Of a stretch of DNA of 64,000 nt, positions 21,794 to 31,919 are shown piece by piece (within the stretch, counting starts at the first letter, position 1; every line of letters starts with the position of its first letter). The translations under genes and the position numbers were made by a program. The DNA comes from Dehalococcoidia bacterium (GTDB lineage Bacteria > Chloroflexota > Dehalococcoidia > Bin125): positions 320,001-384,000 of the forward strand of contig CAXXSR010000001.1 of the NCBI GenBank assembly GCA_963662615.2. Reading direction: 5' to 3'. The notes beneath the pieces were generated by a model. That model made no database searches, was not told the origin of the DNA, and was given only the letters and a program-made list of their open reading frames with translations.

Positions 21794-22695
21794 TGCACAA
21801 AGAAGTATACCGTTGGCACCCCGAGCAGAAGGCTGTCAAGCCGGTCCAGCACGCCCCCGTGCCCGGGAACGAGGTGCGAGAAGTCCTTCACCTGCAAGGC
21901 GCGCTTGACCACCGACCCCGTGAGGTCGCCGATCACCGCGACCGCGGGCAGCACCAGGCCCAGCAGGGCCATCTTCCAGAACGGCTGCTGGAGATCGGGG
22001 AGGAGGAGGTTGATCAGCACGACCGCCGCGAAGCCGAAAGCCAGGCCCCCCGCGGCCCCCTCCAGGGTCTTGCCAGGACTGATGCGCGGCGCCAGCTTGT
22101 GCACGCCGCCGAGGCTCCCGACCGCATAGGCGCCGGTGTCCGCGGCCATGACGGAGAAGGCGGCGAGCAGGAGCCACTCCAGGCCCTGGTCCAACTCCCG
22201 CAGGAGGATGAAATAGCTGCCCAACCAGCCGACGTAGGCCAGCGCCACGATGCCCGAGGCGGTGCGCGTGTAGGCGGTGGCGAGGGGGCGTGCGCCGCCG
22301 CCGCGCCGCGCCGCCCAGCCCTCTTCGACGGCGGGGGTGGCGACGACGGCGATCAGCGCGGCGGTGAAGGGCCAGGCGGTGGGGACGTCGTCGATCAGCG
22401 CCACGGCGACCATTGCGGCGGCGCCGGCGGCGGCGAGCCAGGGGACGGGGTCGCGAAGGCCGAGGCCCATGCCCGCGGCCAGCTCGTAGACCGCCACCGC
22501 CAGCAGCAGCGCCACGAAGGCGGCGAGGTAGGGGCCGCCCTCCCGGATCAAGATGACGACGACGGGGGCGGCCACGGCGCCGGTCAGGAGGCGCCGCGCC
22601 AACTGGGAGGCCACGATCTGCGTCCAGGCGGCCCCGTGCGCGGACCGGCCGACCCTGACGTGTCGGGACAGAGGGGCGGGCAGGGACAGAGGCAC
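21778..22695 (-). CDS. cdsA: phosphatidate cytidylyltransferase
   Basis: DTGAY, ISPGKTLEG, KDFSHLVPGHGGVLDRLDS; start uncertain. Confidence 0.93.
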   Translation of the reverse strand: MPLSLPAPLSRHVRVGRSAHGAAWTQIVASQLARRLLTGAVAAPVVVILIREGGPYLAAFVALLLAVAVYELAAGMGLGLRDPVPWLAAAGAAAMVAVALIDDVPTAWPFTAALIAVVATPAVEEGWAARRGGGARPLATAYTRTASGIVALAYVGWLGSYFILLRELDQGLEWLLLAAFSVMAADTGAYAVGSLGGVHKLAPRISPGKTLEGAAGGLAFGFAAVVLINLLLPDLQQPFWKMALLGLVLPAVAVIGDLTGSVVKRALQVKDFSHLVPGHGGVLDRLDSLLLGVPTVYFFVQWFVL

Positions 22696-22698
22696 GGG

Positions 22699-23472
22699 CT
22701 AGCGCCCGTTTCCGTTGTTGGCGCCGGTGTCGCCACCGGGTTGGTCGGGGCGGGCCGCCGCGAGGCCGCCGAACTTGCGCAGTCGCTGCGCGTAGGAGGT
22801 CAGCGCTGCGTCCACGTCGGCTTCGGCGAAGTCGGGCCAGTAGGTGGGGGTGAAGTAATACTCGGCGTAGGCCGCTTGCCAGATGAGGAAGTTGGAGACG
22901 CGCAGTTCACCGCCGGTGCGGATGATCAGGTCGGGATCCGGCAGCCCCTCGGTATAGAGGTAGCGGCCGATCGTCTGCTCCGTGATCTGGTCGGTGGCGA
23001 TGCCGTCGTCGACGATGCGCCGGACGGCGTCGACGACCTCGGCGCGGCCGCCGTAGTTGAAGGCCACACAGACGGTCATCTTGGTATTGTCCCGGGTCAG
23101 CTCCACGGCCTTCTTGATCTCCCGCCGGAGCGGCGGCTCCAAGCGCTCCAGGCGGCCGATGTAGCGCAGGCGCACGCCGGCCTCATGGAGGGGCTCCACC
23201 TCCCGGCGGATGGTGCGAGAGAGGATGTGCATGAGGCCGCGCACTTCCTGTATGGGCCGGCGCCAGTTCTCCGTGGAGAAGGCAAAGAGGGTGAGGACCT
23301 GCACGCCGCGGTCGGCGAAGGCCTGCACAACCAGGCGGATGTTTTCCGTGCCGGCGCTGTGGCCGTCGGCGCGGGAGAGTCCGCGCGCCGCCGCCCAGCG
23401 GCCGTTGGCGTCCATGATCACGGCTACGTGCCGCGGGACGGCGTCGGAACGAGAGACGGGGGATGCGACCAC
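22699..23472 (-). CDS. uppS: cis-isoprenyl diphosphate synthase
   Basis: HVAVIMDANGRWA, AFSTENW, IRTGGELRVSNFLIWQ. Confidence 0.95.
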   Translation of the reverse strand: MVASPVSRSDAVPRHVAVIMDANGRWAAARGLSRADGHSAGTENIRLVVQAFADRGVQVLTLFAFSTENWRRPIQEVRGLMHILSRTIRREVEPLHEAGVRLRYIGRLERLEPPLRREIKKAVELTRDNTKMTVCVAFNYGGRAEVVDAVRRIVDDGIATDQITEQTIGRYLYTEGLPDPDLIIRTGGELRVSNFLIWQAAYAEYYFTPTYWPDFAEADVDAALTSYAQRLRKFGGLAAARPDQPGGDTGANNGNGR

Positions 23473-23473
23473 C

Positions 23474-24046
23474 CTAGACCTCCAGCAGCTCGCGTTCCTT
23501 GTCGCTGCCCTCGCGGCCAATCCGGGCAACGTGATCCTGGGTTATCTTATCGAGCGCCTCGTGGGCGCGATGCTCCTGGTCCTGGGAGATGTCATTGGCG
23601 CGCTCCAGCTTGCGCAGCTCCTCCAGCACATCGCGGCGGACGTTGCGCACGGCCACGCGGGCGACTTCCGCTTTCTGGCCCACTTGCTTGACGAGTTGGA
23701 GCCGGCGCTCTTCGGTGAGCTCGGGGATGGGCAAGCGGATGAGGACGCCGTCGCTCTGCGGGTTGAGCCCCAGCTCCGAGCGCTGAATGGCCCTGGTGAT
23801 GGGATCGACGGCGTTCTTATCCCAGGGCTGGATCACGATCAGGCGCGCCTCAGGGGCGCTGATGTTGGCCAACTGGTTCAGGGCCATGGAGGTCCCGAAG
23901 TAGTCGATCGGGAGCTGGTCGACTAGGGAGGGGTGGGCCCGCCCCGTGCGGACCGACTGGAGGTCGCGCTGGTAGACCTTGACGGCCGTCTGCATGCGAC
24001 TGCCGGCGTCAGCGAGAGCGAGTTCGGTGAGGTCGTCATCGGCCAT
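23474..24046 (-). CDS. frr: ribosome recycling factor
   Basis: VRTGRA, LGLNP, PELTEERR, VRNVRR. Confidence 0.96.
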   Translation of the reverse strand: MADDDLTELALADAGSRMQTAVKVYQRDLQSVRTGRAHPSLVDQLPIDYFGTSMALNQLANISAPEARLIVIQPWDKNAVDPITRAIQRSELGLNPQSDGVLIRLPIPELTEERRLQLVKQVGQKAEVARVAVRNVRRDVLEELRKLERANDISQDQEHRAHEALDKITQDHVARIGREGSDKERELLEV

Positions 24047-24117
24047 GGGTTGCCCCGGTGGAGCGGTCGGCGTTGGCCGGCTGCGCGAGCGCTGGGGGGC
24101 GCGGGCCGCCGTTGCTG

Positions 24118-24870
24118 CTAGCCGTTCGCGTCCGCCAGGCGCGTATCCACGGCGCCGATCAGGGTACCGCCGGCATCTCCCCGCACCGCCTGCACGATAG
24201 CGTCCGCGGGGGCGATATCAAAGACCAAGATGGGCAGGCCGTTCTCCTCGCACAGCGAGAGCGCCGCCGTGTCCATGATCACGCCCAGGTTCTGGTTGAT
24301 GGCGTCGCGGTAGCTGATGCGCTCGTAGCGTTGGGCGCCGGGGTCGGTGGCCGGGTCGGCGGTGTAGACGCCGTCGACGCCGGTCTTGGCCATCAGCAGG
24401 CGGTCGGCGCGCATCTCCACGCCGCGCAGGGCGGCGGCGGTGTCGGTGGTGACGTAGGGGTTGCCGGTGCCGGCGACGAACAGCACCACGCGCCCTTTTT
24501 CCAGATGCCGGATGGCGCGGCGGCGGATGTACTGCTCGGCCACCTGCGCCACGCCGATGGCGGACATGGTCCGCACTTCCAGCCCCTCGCGCTCCAAGGC
24601 ATCTTGCAGGGCCAGGCCGTTGATGATGGTGGCGAGCATGCCGGCGTAGTCGGCGGTGGCGCGGTCCATGCCGGCCTCCGCCGCGGTGCGCCCGCGAAAG
24701 AGATTGCCGCCGCCGACCACCAGCGCCAGTTGATGGCCTTGCTGGTGGCACTGGGCGATCTGGGCGGCGATGCCCTGCAGCGTGGCCGGGTCCAGCCCAA
24801 ATTGGCGATCGCCCAAGAGCGCTTGCCCGCTGATCTTGAGGAGGGCGCGGCCGCGGTGCTGGGTGGTCAC
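24118..24870 (-). CDS. pyrH: UMP kinase
   Basis: LLKISG, VGGGNLFRG, GTGNPYVTTD. Confidence 0.96.
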   Translation of the reverse strand: MTTQHRGRALLKISGQALLGDRQFGLDPATLQGIAAQIAQCHQQGHQLALVVGGGNLFRGRTAAEAGMDRATADYAGMLATIINGLALQDALEREGLEVRTMSAIGVAQVAEQYIRRRAIRHLEKGRVVLFVAGTGNPYVTTDTAAALRGVEMRADRLLMAKTGVDGVYTADPATDPGAQRYERISYRDAINQNLGVIMDTAALSLCEENGLPILVFDIAPADAIVQAVRGDAGGTLIGAVDTRLADANG

Positions 24871-24895
24871 TGCCGGCGTCTCTGTCCCCCCACGC

Positions 24896-25402
24896 TCAGA
24901 CCGGCTCGGCCAGTTCGAAGCGGATGAAGCGTCGGACCTCGATCTTCTCGCCGGTGCTGGCCACGGTCTCGTTGATGCGGTCCTGCACGGTCTTGTTCGG
25001 GTCCTTGATGAAGAGCTGGGCTAGCAGGGCCAGTTCTTCGGGAGAGTCCTGGTCGTCCGCCGGCAGATCCTCAGGCTTGACAGCGCGGGGACCCATGGAA
25101 GCGACCTGCATGGCGATGTCATGCACCAGCGTCTTGAACTCGTCCGTGCGCGCCACGAAGTCCGTCTCGCAGTTGACTTCCACCAGGGCGCCGATGCGGC
25201 CGAGGTGAATGTAGGCCTCCACCAACCCTTCGCGGGCTTCATGATCCGCCCGCTTCGCCGCGGTGATCCCGCCCACCTGCCGCAGGTGCGCCTTGGCCTT
25301 GTCGAGGTCGCCGTTGGCGTTGGCGAGGGCGTTGCGGCAGTCCATCACGCCGGCCCCGGTCTCGTCCCGCAGCGCCTTAATGTCTTCAATTGAGACGGGC
25401 AT
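24896..25402 (-). CDS. tsf: elongation factor Ts (short form)
   Basis: LRDETGAGVMDC, EVNCETDFVA. Confidence 0.96.
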   Translation of the reverse strand: MPVSIEDIKALRDETGAGVMDCRNALANANGDLDKAKAHLRQVGGITAAKRADHEAREGLVEAYIHLGRIGALVEVNCETDFVARTDEFKTLVHDIAMQVASMGPRAVKPEDLPADDQDSPEELALLAQLFIKDPNKTVQDRINETVASTGEKIEVRRFIRFELAEPV

Positions 25403-25506
25403 GCCGCAGTCTCCTTCCTCTGCTGCCGTGGGGATCTCCTCCGGCGGGCGTTACAGCCCGACGACGCGGCACCGCCGCTCGGCAGCCCGACGAGGCGGCA
25501 GCGCCG

Positions 25507-26268
25507 CTAGCCGACGGGCGCGCCGGCCTCCGCGCCGACCTCCTGGGCGCGCTCGGCTTGCTCGTCGGCGTGGGCGCTCTCGCGGATCATCAGCCCCTCG
25601 GCGGCGCCGTCGGCGATGCGGGCGGTGATGAGGCGAACGGCGCGGATGGCGTCGTCGTTGGACGGGATCGGATAGGCGATGCCGGAGGGGTCGCAGTTCG
25701 TATCGCAGACGGCAATGATGGGGAGCTTGAGGCGGATCGCTTCGGCGACGGCGATGCTCTCCTTGGGCACATCAATGATGTAGAGCGCGCCGGGCAAGCG
25801 GGTCATGTCGCGGAGGCCGCCCACGTACCGGTGCAGGCGGCGGAGCGAGTCGCGGTGACGCAGCGCCTCCTTTTTGGGCAGGAGGTCCCAGTCGCCGGCG
25901 GCTTCGTGTCGCTCCAGCCGCAGCATGTGCTGGATCCGCTGCTGAATGGTCTGCCAGTTCGTCAAGGTGCCGCCGAGCCAGCGGTTGACCACGTAGGGCA
26001 TCTCGCAGCGCTGCGCTTCGGCCTGCACGATGTCCTGCGCCTGCTTCTTGGTCCCCACGAAGAGGATCTCGCGGCCGGAGGCGACGGTCTCCTGGGCGAA
26101 GGCGATGGCTTCCTGGAGGCGGTCCACGGTCTGGGAGAGGTCCATGATGTGGATGCCGTTGCGCGCCCCGAAGATGAACGGCTTCATTTTGGGGTTCCAG
26201 CGGCGGGTCTGATGGCCGAAGTGCACACCGGCTTCCAACAGCTCCTTCATGGTGAGTGCGTCTGGCAT
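25507..26268 (-). CDS. rpsB: 30S ribosomal protein S2
   Basis: [25 protein letters not shown]. Confidence 0.98.
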   Translation of the reverse strand: MPDALTMKELLEAGVHFGHQTRRWNPKMKPFIFGARNGIHIMDLSQTVDRLQEAIAFAQETVASGREILFVGTKKQAQDIVQAEAQRCEMPYVVNRWLGGTLTNWQTIQQRIQHMLRLERHEAAGDWDLLPKKEALRHRDSLRRLHRYVGGLRDMTRLPGALYIIDVPKESIAVAEAIRLKLPIIAVCDTNCDPSGIAYPIPSNDDAIRAVRLITARIADGAAEGLMIRESAHADEQAERAQEVGAEAGAPVG

Positions 26269-26436
26269 GGCTCCCCCGAAATGCGGCGCGGCGCGAGGCC
26301 ACGGCCGTTGCCGATCAGGCCGGGCCCTTCGCCCATTGACCCTTCGACTGAGCTTCGGGCAGGCAAGCTCAGGACGAGCGGGTACCGGACGGGCCGGTCA
26401 ACAAACTCCCGAGACGCGCCCGCGCAGAAGCACGGC

Positions 26437-26503
26437 ACAAAAATGCGGCCGTCACTGGGCCGCGGTTGCCGCAACGCTCCAGGTGATGGCCTGCTGCATT
26501 ATA
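26437..26503 (-). promoter_or_regulatory. rpsB promoter and leader hairpin
   Basis: TATAAT at 26498-26503; GCGGCC-n7-GGCCGC followed by ATTTTT. Confidence 0.55.
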
Positions 26504-26569
26504 GGCAGTTGCCCGTCTTCGGTGCAGCCACACCGGCAGCGCCTGATCGGTCGCGACGGCGGCCCTCCC

Positions 26570-26960
26570 CCGTTCGGCCCTTCGGCAGGCTGAGGGCGAA
26601 CGGGGGAGGGCCGCGTTCGCCCTTCGACCCTTCGACAAGCTCAGGACAGGCGGGCTCAGGACGAACGGCTTTTTCGACGCGCGCTCGCGGGTCATGCGGG
26701 GTCGCGCCGAGATGGTGGCGGCTCGCGCCGGCGCTTGATGAGCGGGGTGGTGGCCCGTCCGTTCGACTCTTCAGCAAGCTGAGGACGAACAGGGGGCCGC
26801 GTTCGCCCCTTCGACAGGCTCAGGACGAACGGCTTTTTCGACGCGCGCTCGCGGGTCATCCGGGGTCGCGCGGTGTTGGTGGCGGCTCGCGCCGGCGCTT
26901 GATGAGCGGGGTGGTGGTCCTTCCGTTCGACCCTTCGGCCTGTCGGCATCGTCAGGACAG
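26570..26960 (+). repeat. mosaic cluster of REP-like units and two 82-bp units
   Basis: CCCTTCGACA(A/G)GCTCAGG units alternate with TTTTCGACGCGCGCTCGCGGGTCAT..GCTCGCGCCGGCG units. Confidence 0.85.
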
Positions 26961-27068
26961 GCGGGAGATGTCAACGATGGAATGTCGCTGCTCCGGCGGT
27001 CGGTGGTACGGTAGTTCGGCATTTCACAGTCCCGGAATCGGCGGAGCGGCGGACTGCGGAGTTGGAAC

Positions 27069-27434
27069 GTGCCACGTTACGCCTACGAATGTACGAAGTG
27101 CGGTCACAGCTTCGAGTTGCAGGAAGGCTGGGATGCCAAGCCCCGGCGCCGCTGTCCTCAGTGCCGGCGCACGGCGCAGCGCGTTTTTGCCGCCCCGGCC
27201 ATCGTGTTCAAGGGCAAAGGCTTCTACTCGACAGACAACCGGCGCCCATCCGCAGCCGCCAAAGAGGAGAGCGCGGCTGAGAGCGGCTCCGCGGAGGGAT
27301 CGCCCGGCGAGGAGAAGAAGGCCGGGGCGAAGGCGAAATCACCAGCGAAATCAACGGCGAAATCAGACGGTGGGCGCGACGGCTCCTCCAGCAAGCCGTC
27401 CAGCAAGCGGGCTGCCAAGCCGGCCAAGGACTGA
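27069..27434 (+). CDS. FmdB family zinc-ribbon protein
   Basis: MPRYAYECTKCG..CPQC..FKGKGFYSTD with a Lys/Ala/Ser-rich tail. Confidence 0.88.
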   Translation: MPRYAYECTKCGHSFELQEGWDAKPRRRCPQCRRTAQRVFAAPAIVFKGKGFYSTDNRRPSAAAKEESAAESGSAEGSPGEEKKAGAKAKSPAKSTAKSDGGRDGSSSKPSSKRAAKPAKD

Positions 27435-27488
27435 GCGGATCCCTGCGGCCGGGTTGCACTCGCCGGCGCCGGAGATGAGGCGGGCCCG

Positions 27489-27953
27489 GTGCGAGTGGTC
27501 TTGCAGCGGGTGACGCGAGGCGCCGTCAGCGTCGAGGGCGAGCCGATCGGTGCGATTGGCCGGGGCTTGGTGGCGTTGGTGGGCGTCGCGCGGGGAGACA
27601 CGGTCGCGCAGGCCGACGCCACGGCCGCCAAGATCGCCGGGCTGCGGCTCTTCGCCGACGCGGAGGGTCGATTCAGTGCCAGCCTCGCCGACGTTGGCGG
27701 GGCTGTCTTGGTCATCAGCCAGTTCACGCTCCTGGCCGACGTCCTCAAGGGGCGCCGGCCTTCGTTTGCCGAGGCAGCGCCGCCGGAGGAGGCCGAGCCG
27801 CTGGTGGAGCGGCTCGCGCAGGGGTTGGTGGAGGCGGGGATCCCGGTGGCGCGCGGGCGGTTCGGGGCGCAGATGGCGGTAGAGCTGGTTAACGACGGCC
27901 CCGTCACCATCGTGATCGACTCGGCGGACTTGGAGCGGCCTCGGCGCGGTTAG
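27489..27953 (+). CDS. dtd: D-aminoacyl-tRNA deacylase
   Basis: MRVVLQRV, SQFTL, GRRPSF, NDGPVT. Confidence 0.95.
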   Translation: MRVVLQRVTRGAVSVEGEPIGAIGRGLVALVGVARGDTVAQADATAAKIAGLRLFADAEGRFSASLADVGGAVLVISQFTLLADVLKGRRPSFAEAAPPEEAEPLVERLAQGLVEAGIPVARGRFGAQMAVELVNDGPVTIVIDSADLERPRRG

Positions 27954-27972
27954 CGGGGGCGCGATCGTCGCG

Positions 27973-28851
27973 CTAATCCACCAGGAGCTGGAGCGAGAGG
28001 TCCAGGGCCGGCACGGAGTGGGTGATGGCGCCGAGGGAGATGTAGTCAACGCCGCTGTCGGCGACGGCGGCGAGGTTCTCCAGGGTGATGCCGCCGCTGG
28101 CCTCGGTGAGGGCGCCGCGGCTACGGGCGCGTCGGACGGCCGCCGCCAGCGTCTCGGGCGCGAAGTTGTCCAGGAGGATGGCGCGGGCGCCGGCGTCGAG
28201 CGCCTCGTCCAGTTCGGCGAGCGACGTTACTTCGACCTCCACGGCGGTGGCCGGGGCTGCGCTCGCTTGGGCGGCCCGGACGGCGTCGGCCAGGGAGCCG
28301 CCGCGCGCGCGGACGGCGGCGATGTGGTTGTCCTTGATGAGAATGCCGGCGCCGAGGTTGAAGCGGTGGTTGAAGCCGCCGCCGACTTGGACGGCGTAGC
28401 GCTCCGCCGGGCGCAGCCCCGGCGTCGTCTTGCGGGTGTCGAGGATCTTGGCGCCGGTATGCGCTACGGCCTCGACGGCGGCGCCGGTCATCGTGGCGAT
28501 GCCGGAGAGGCGCTGGAGGAAGTTGAGCGCCACGCGCTCGCCGCGGAGGATGGCGTGGAGCGGGCCGGCGACTTCGGCGACGGCGTCGCCCGCCGCGACG
28601 CGGCTACCGTCGGTTGTGGCCGGGAGCCATCGCAGGCGCGGGTCGAGCAGCGCGTACGTCTCCGCGGCGAAGGGGAGGCCGCAGATGATGCCCGCCGACT
28701 TGGCCACGACCGTCCCTCGCCCCTCCTGATCGAGCGGGACGAGGGCGTCAGTGGTGAGATCGTGGCCGGCGCCGTCCTCCTCCAGAGCCATGCGCACGAG
28801 TTCTCGCACGGTGTTGCGGTCGAGGGGCGGCGGCTGGCTGGGAATCGTCAC
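27973..28851 (-). CDS. nadC: nicotinate-nucleotide pyrophosphorylase (carboxylating)
   Basis: ERVALNFLQ, DTRKTTPG, IKDNH, LLDN, EASGG. Confidence 0.96.
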   Translation of the reverse strand: MTIPSQPPPLDRNTVRELVRMALEEDGAGHDLTTDALVPLDQEGRGTVVAKSAGIICGLPFAAETYALLDPRLRWLPATTDGSRVAAGDAVAEVAGPLHAILRGERVALNFLQRLSGIATMTGAAVEAVAHTGAKILDTRKTTPGLRPAERYAVQVGGGFNHRFNLGAGILIKDNHIAAVRARGGSLADAVRAAQASAAPATAVEVEVTSLAELDEALDAGARAILLDNFAPETLAAAVRRARSRGALTEASGGITLENLAAVADSGVDYISLGAITHSVPALDLSLQLLVD

Positions 28852-30356
28852 GCGGCATCCCGGCGCAGGGCGAGATGGCGGCGCCAGGCTGGCGAGGGCG
28901 CGGGGTGGTCGCGACGGTGGTGCGCGCCGCGGCTCTCCTCTCGTCGCAGCGCCGCCTCGACGATGAGGCGGCCAACGAGCGCTAGGTTCGCGAGAGTCGG
29001 GTCGTCCGTGCCATCGCGCTCGGGCCAGGCGTCGATGGTGGCGGCGGCCGCCGCCAGCCCGTCGCCGTCGCGGACGATGCCGGCGCTGCGCCAGAGCAGC
29101 TCTTGGACGGCGGCCTGATCCGGCGCGACGACGTGGGTGCGGAGAGAGAGCGGCTCGACGCCGTCGGGGGAGGCGACGGGGGCGGCGTCCCGCAGTGAGG
29201 CCTGCACCGCCCGCTGCGCGAAGACGACCGTTTCCAGCAGGGAGTTGGAGGCGAGACGGTTGGCGCCGTGGACGCCGGTGTTGGCCACCTCACCGCAGGC
29301 GAGCAGCCCCGGCAACGTCGTGCGGCCCCAGGTGTCGGTGTAAACGCCGCCCATCATGTAGTGCGCGGCCGGGGCGACGGGCACGGGTTGGCGCGTGATG
29401 TCCAGCTCGTAGCGGAGGCAGTGCTGGTAGGCGCCGGGGAAGCGTGCCGCCACGAATTCCGGGTCGCGGTGGCTGATGTCGAGCAGGACGTGGTCGCTGC
29501 CGGCTGCCGCCATCTCCGCGGCGATGGCGCGCGCGACGACGTCGCGGGGGGCGAGTTCGGCGTCGGGGTGGTAGTCGGGGAGGAAGCGGCGGCCCTGGGG
29601 CGTGCGCAGGACGGCGCCCTCGCCGCGCATGGCCTCGGTCAGGAGGAAGGTGGGGGCGCCGGGCAGTCGCAGGGCGGTGGGGTGGAACTGGACGAACTCC
29701 AAGTCCCGGAGGACGGCCCCGGCCCGATAGGCCAGGGCGATGCCGTCACCGGTGGCGACGGGAGGGTTGGTGGTGAGCGTGTAGAGCCGGCCGGCGCCGC
29801 CCGTGGCGAGCACGGTCCAGCGCGCGCTGACGCTGATGGCGTGCCCGTCGGGATCGACGGCGGCGACGCTGCTCACCCGCTCCCCGTCAAGCAAGAGGGC
29901 GGTGGCCGTGTGGCGATCCAGCACATCAACTCCCGCCTCCAGGACGCGCCGCACCATCACCGTCTCAATGGCGTCGCCGGTGCGGTCGCCGCCGGCATGG
30001 AGGATGCGCGGGGCGGAGTGCGCCGCCTCGCGGGCCAGGGCGACCTCGCCGCCCTGCGCGTCGAAGGGGACACCGAGTTCGGCCAGGCGGCGGATGCGGT
30101 CCGGCGCTTCGCGCACGAGCAGCTCCACGGCGTCGCGGTCGCAGAGGCCGGCGCCCGCCTTGAGGGTGTCGCGCAGATGGGCCTGGGGCGTATCGCCGGA
30201 ACCGACGGCGGCGGCGATGCCGCCCTGGGCGTATTTCGTGTTCGATTCCTCAATGGGCCCCTTGGTGAGGACGCCGACGCGGCCGTGTTGCGCCGCCAGC
30301 AAGGCCGCGTAGAGGCCGGCGATGCCGGAGCCGAGGATGAGGTAGTCGTAGTGCAT
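28848..30356 (-). CDS. nadB: L-aspartate oxidase
   Basis: GSGIAGL, YAQGGIAA, QFHPT, HGANRLASNSLLE. Confidence 0.96.
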   Translation of the reverse strand: MHYDYLILGSGIAGLYAALLAAQHGRVGVLTKGPIEESNTKYAQGGIAAAVGSGDTPQAHLRDTLKAGAGLCDRDAVELLVREAPDRIRRLAELGVPFDAQGGEVALAREAAHSAPRILHAGGDRTGDAIETVMVRRVLEAGVDVLDRHTATALLLDGERVSSVAAVDPDGHAISVSARWTVLATGGAGRLYTLTTNPPVATGDGIALAYRAGAVLRDLEFVQFHPTALRLPGAPTFLLTEAMRGEGAVLRTPQGRRFLPDYHPDAELAPRDVVARAIAAEMAAAGSDHVLLDISHRDPEFVAARFPGAYQHCLRYELDITRQPVPVAPAAHYMMGGVYTDTWGRTTLPGLLACGEVANTGVHGANRLASNSLLETVVFAQRAVQASLRDAAPVASPDGVEPLSLRTHVVAPDQAAVQELLWRSAGIVRDGDGLAAAAATIDAWPERDGTDDPTLANLALVGRLIVEAALRREESRGAHHRRDHPAPSPAWRRHLALRRDAA

Positions 30357-30380
30357 GGGGCGTCCGCGGCCGGGCCCGGC

Positions 30381-31607
30381 TCAGTTGATCGCGAGCATGC
30401 GCTCGAGGGCGACGGTGGCCCAGCGGCGGGTGTCGTCGTCGACGTGGATGCGGTTGACGACGCGACCGTCGAGCAGCGATTCCGTGACCCAGGCGAGGTA
30501 GGCGGGGTGAATGCGATACATGGTGGCGCAGGGGCAGACGACCGGGTCCAGGCAGAAGGCGCTCTTGCCTTCCTCCCGGACCTCATTGTTGAGGCGGTGG
30601 ACGAGGCTGATCTCGGTGCCGACGGCGTAGACGCCGGGCGGACCTTGCTTGACGTAGTTGATGATGAACTCGGTGGAGCCGTTAGCGTCGGCAGCGTCGA
30701 CGACGGGCTCCGGGCACTCGGGGTGCACCACGACCTTGCAGCCGGGATAGTCGGCGCGTGCCTTGTCAATCTGTTCCACCTTGAAGCGGACGTGAACCGA
30801 ACAGTGCCCCTGCCAGAGCAACACTTGGCTGCGCTCGATGCGATCGGGCTTGAGGCCGCCCAGCGGTTTGTGGGGGTTCCAGACGGCGGTGCGCTCCTTC
30901 ACGTTGATGCCGAGCTTCTTGGCGGTGTTGCGTCCCAGGTGTTGGTCCGGGAAGAAGAGGACGCGGTCGGCGCGCCGGAAGGCCCACTGCATGACGGCGG
31001 CGGCGTTGGACGAGGTGCAGACGGCGCCGCCGTTCTTGCCCACGAACGCCTTCAGCGAGGCGGTGGAGTTCATGTAGGTGACGGGGATCACGCTCTCCGC
31101 CGCGACGACCTCGGTCAGCTCATCCCAGGAGGCGTAGACGTCGTCGGGATCGGCCATGTCGGCCATGGAGCAGCCGGCGGCGAGGTTAGGGAGGATGACG
31201 ATCTGGTTGGGGCGGGTGAGGATGTCGGCGCTTTCGGCCATGAAGTGGACGCCGCAGAAGAGGATGAAGTCGGCGTCGGCGCGACTGGCGGCTTCGCGGG
31301 CGAGGCTGAAGGAGTCGCCGCGGAAGTCGGCGAAGCGGATCACGTCGTCGCGCTGGTAGTGATGGCCGAGGACGACCAGCCGCTCGCCCAGCAGTCGCTT
31401 GGCCGCGTCGATGCGCTCGATCAGCTCGTCGGCGGCCATGCGCAGGTAGCGCTCGGGAATGTCGGGCTGCCAGCTCTCCAGGTGCGGCTCCTGGGCGAGG
31501 GGGACGGTGGCGATGCCGTCCTCACAGTCGAAGTCGGGGAGGTTGGGTGGGAGATGCTGGGCGACGAAGTCCGTGGGCTGGATGAGCGGTTGCGTGCCGA
31601 CGGCCAT
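30381..31607 (-). CDS. nadA: quinolinate synthase
   Basis: LGHHYQ, CGVHFMAE, AGCSMA, HPEC, CPCATM. Confidence 0.96.
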   Translation of the reverse strand: MAVGTQPLIQPTDFVAQHLPPNLPDFDCEDGIATVPLAQEPHLESWQPDIPERYLRMAADELIERIDAAKRLLGERLVVLGHHYQRDDVIRFADFRGDSFSLAREAASRADADFILFCGVHFMAESADILTRPNQIVILPNLAAGCSMADMADPDDVYASWDELTEVVAAESVIPVTYMNSTASLKAFVGKNGGAVCTSSNAAAVMQWAFRRADRVLFFPDQHLGRNTAKKLGINVKERTAVWNPHKPLGGLKPDRIERSQVLLWQGHCSVHVRFKVEQIDKARADYPGCKVVVHPECPEPVVDAADANGSTEFIINYVKQGPPGVYAVGTEISLVHRLNNEVREEGKSAFCLDPVVCPCATMYRIHPAYLAWVTESLLDGRVVNRIHVDDDTRRWATVALERMLAIN

Positions 31608-31669
31608 CCTGGCCTCCGATCGGGTGCGCGCCTTCGGGTGGGGGGCGCAGTGGCGGGCCCGTCGCCGGT

Positions 31670-31698
31670 TGACTTAGTGTCAAAGATACACTAAGTCA
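31670..31698. promoter_or_regulatory. NrtR operator (palindrome) upstream of nadA
   Basis: TGACTTAGTGT-n7-ACACTAAGTCA, a perfect 11-bp inverted repeat with GT-N7-AC core. Confidence 0.8.
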
Positions 31699-31726
31699 TC
31701 GCTCCCATTGTCTCGGATCGGGGCGG

Positions 31727-31747
31727 TAAGTGTCAATGGGACACGAA
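31727..31747. promoter_or_regulatory. second NrtR-like box overlapping the TTGACA -35 of nadA
   Basis: TAAGTGTCAATGGGACACGAA; minus strand TTGACA at 31731-31736. Confidence 0.6.
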
Positions 31748-31876
31748 GTTGGGGGGGAGGGGACGGGGTCGCGGCGGTCGCGGTTGAGCCGGTTCTTAGT
31801 GACCGTTATGCGTGATCACTCCTGCATTGTCAATAATAGCGTTACTCGTTTATTACACTAACTGGTATAGTAGTGC

Positions 31877-31905
31877 TTCACAAGAGTGCTGATCTCCGCT
31901 ATGGT
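31877..31905 (+). promoter_or_regulatory. sigma70-type promoter of higB
   Basis: TTCACA-17nt-TATGGT. Confidence 0.5.
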
Positions 31906-31919
31906 GGTGCCGGTGGCAA

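Noticed and set aside
25390-27513. Long 707-aa plus-strand ORF (and similar ones at 29268, 33862, 36701, 44219, 53587, 59707)
   Set aside because: Antisense shadows of real genes or read-through of repeats, expected at this GC content; no motifs.
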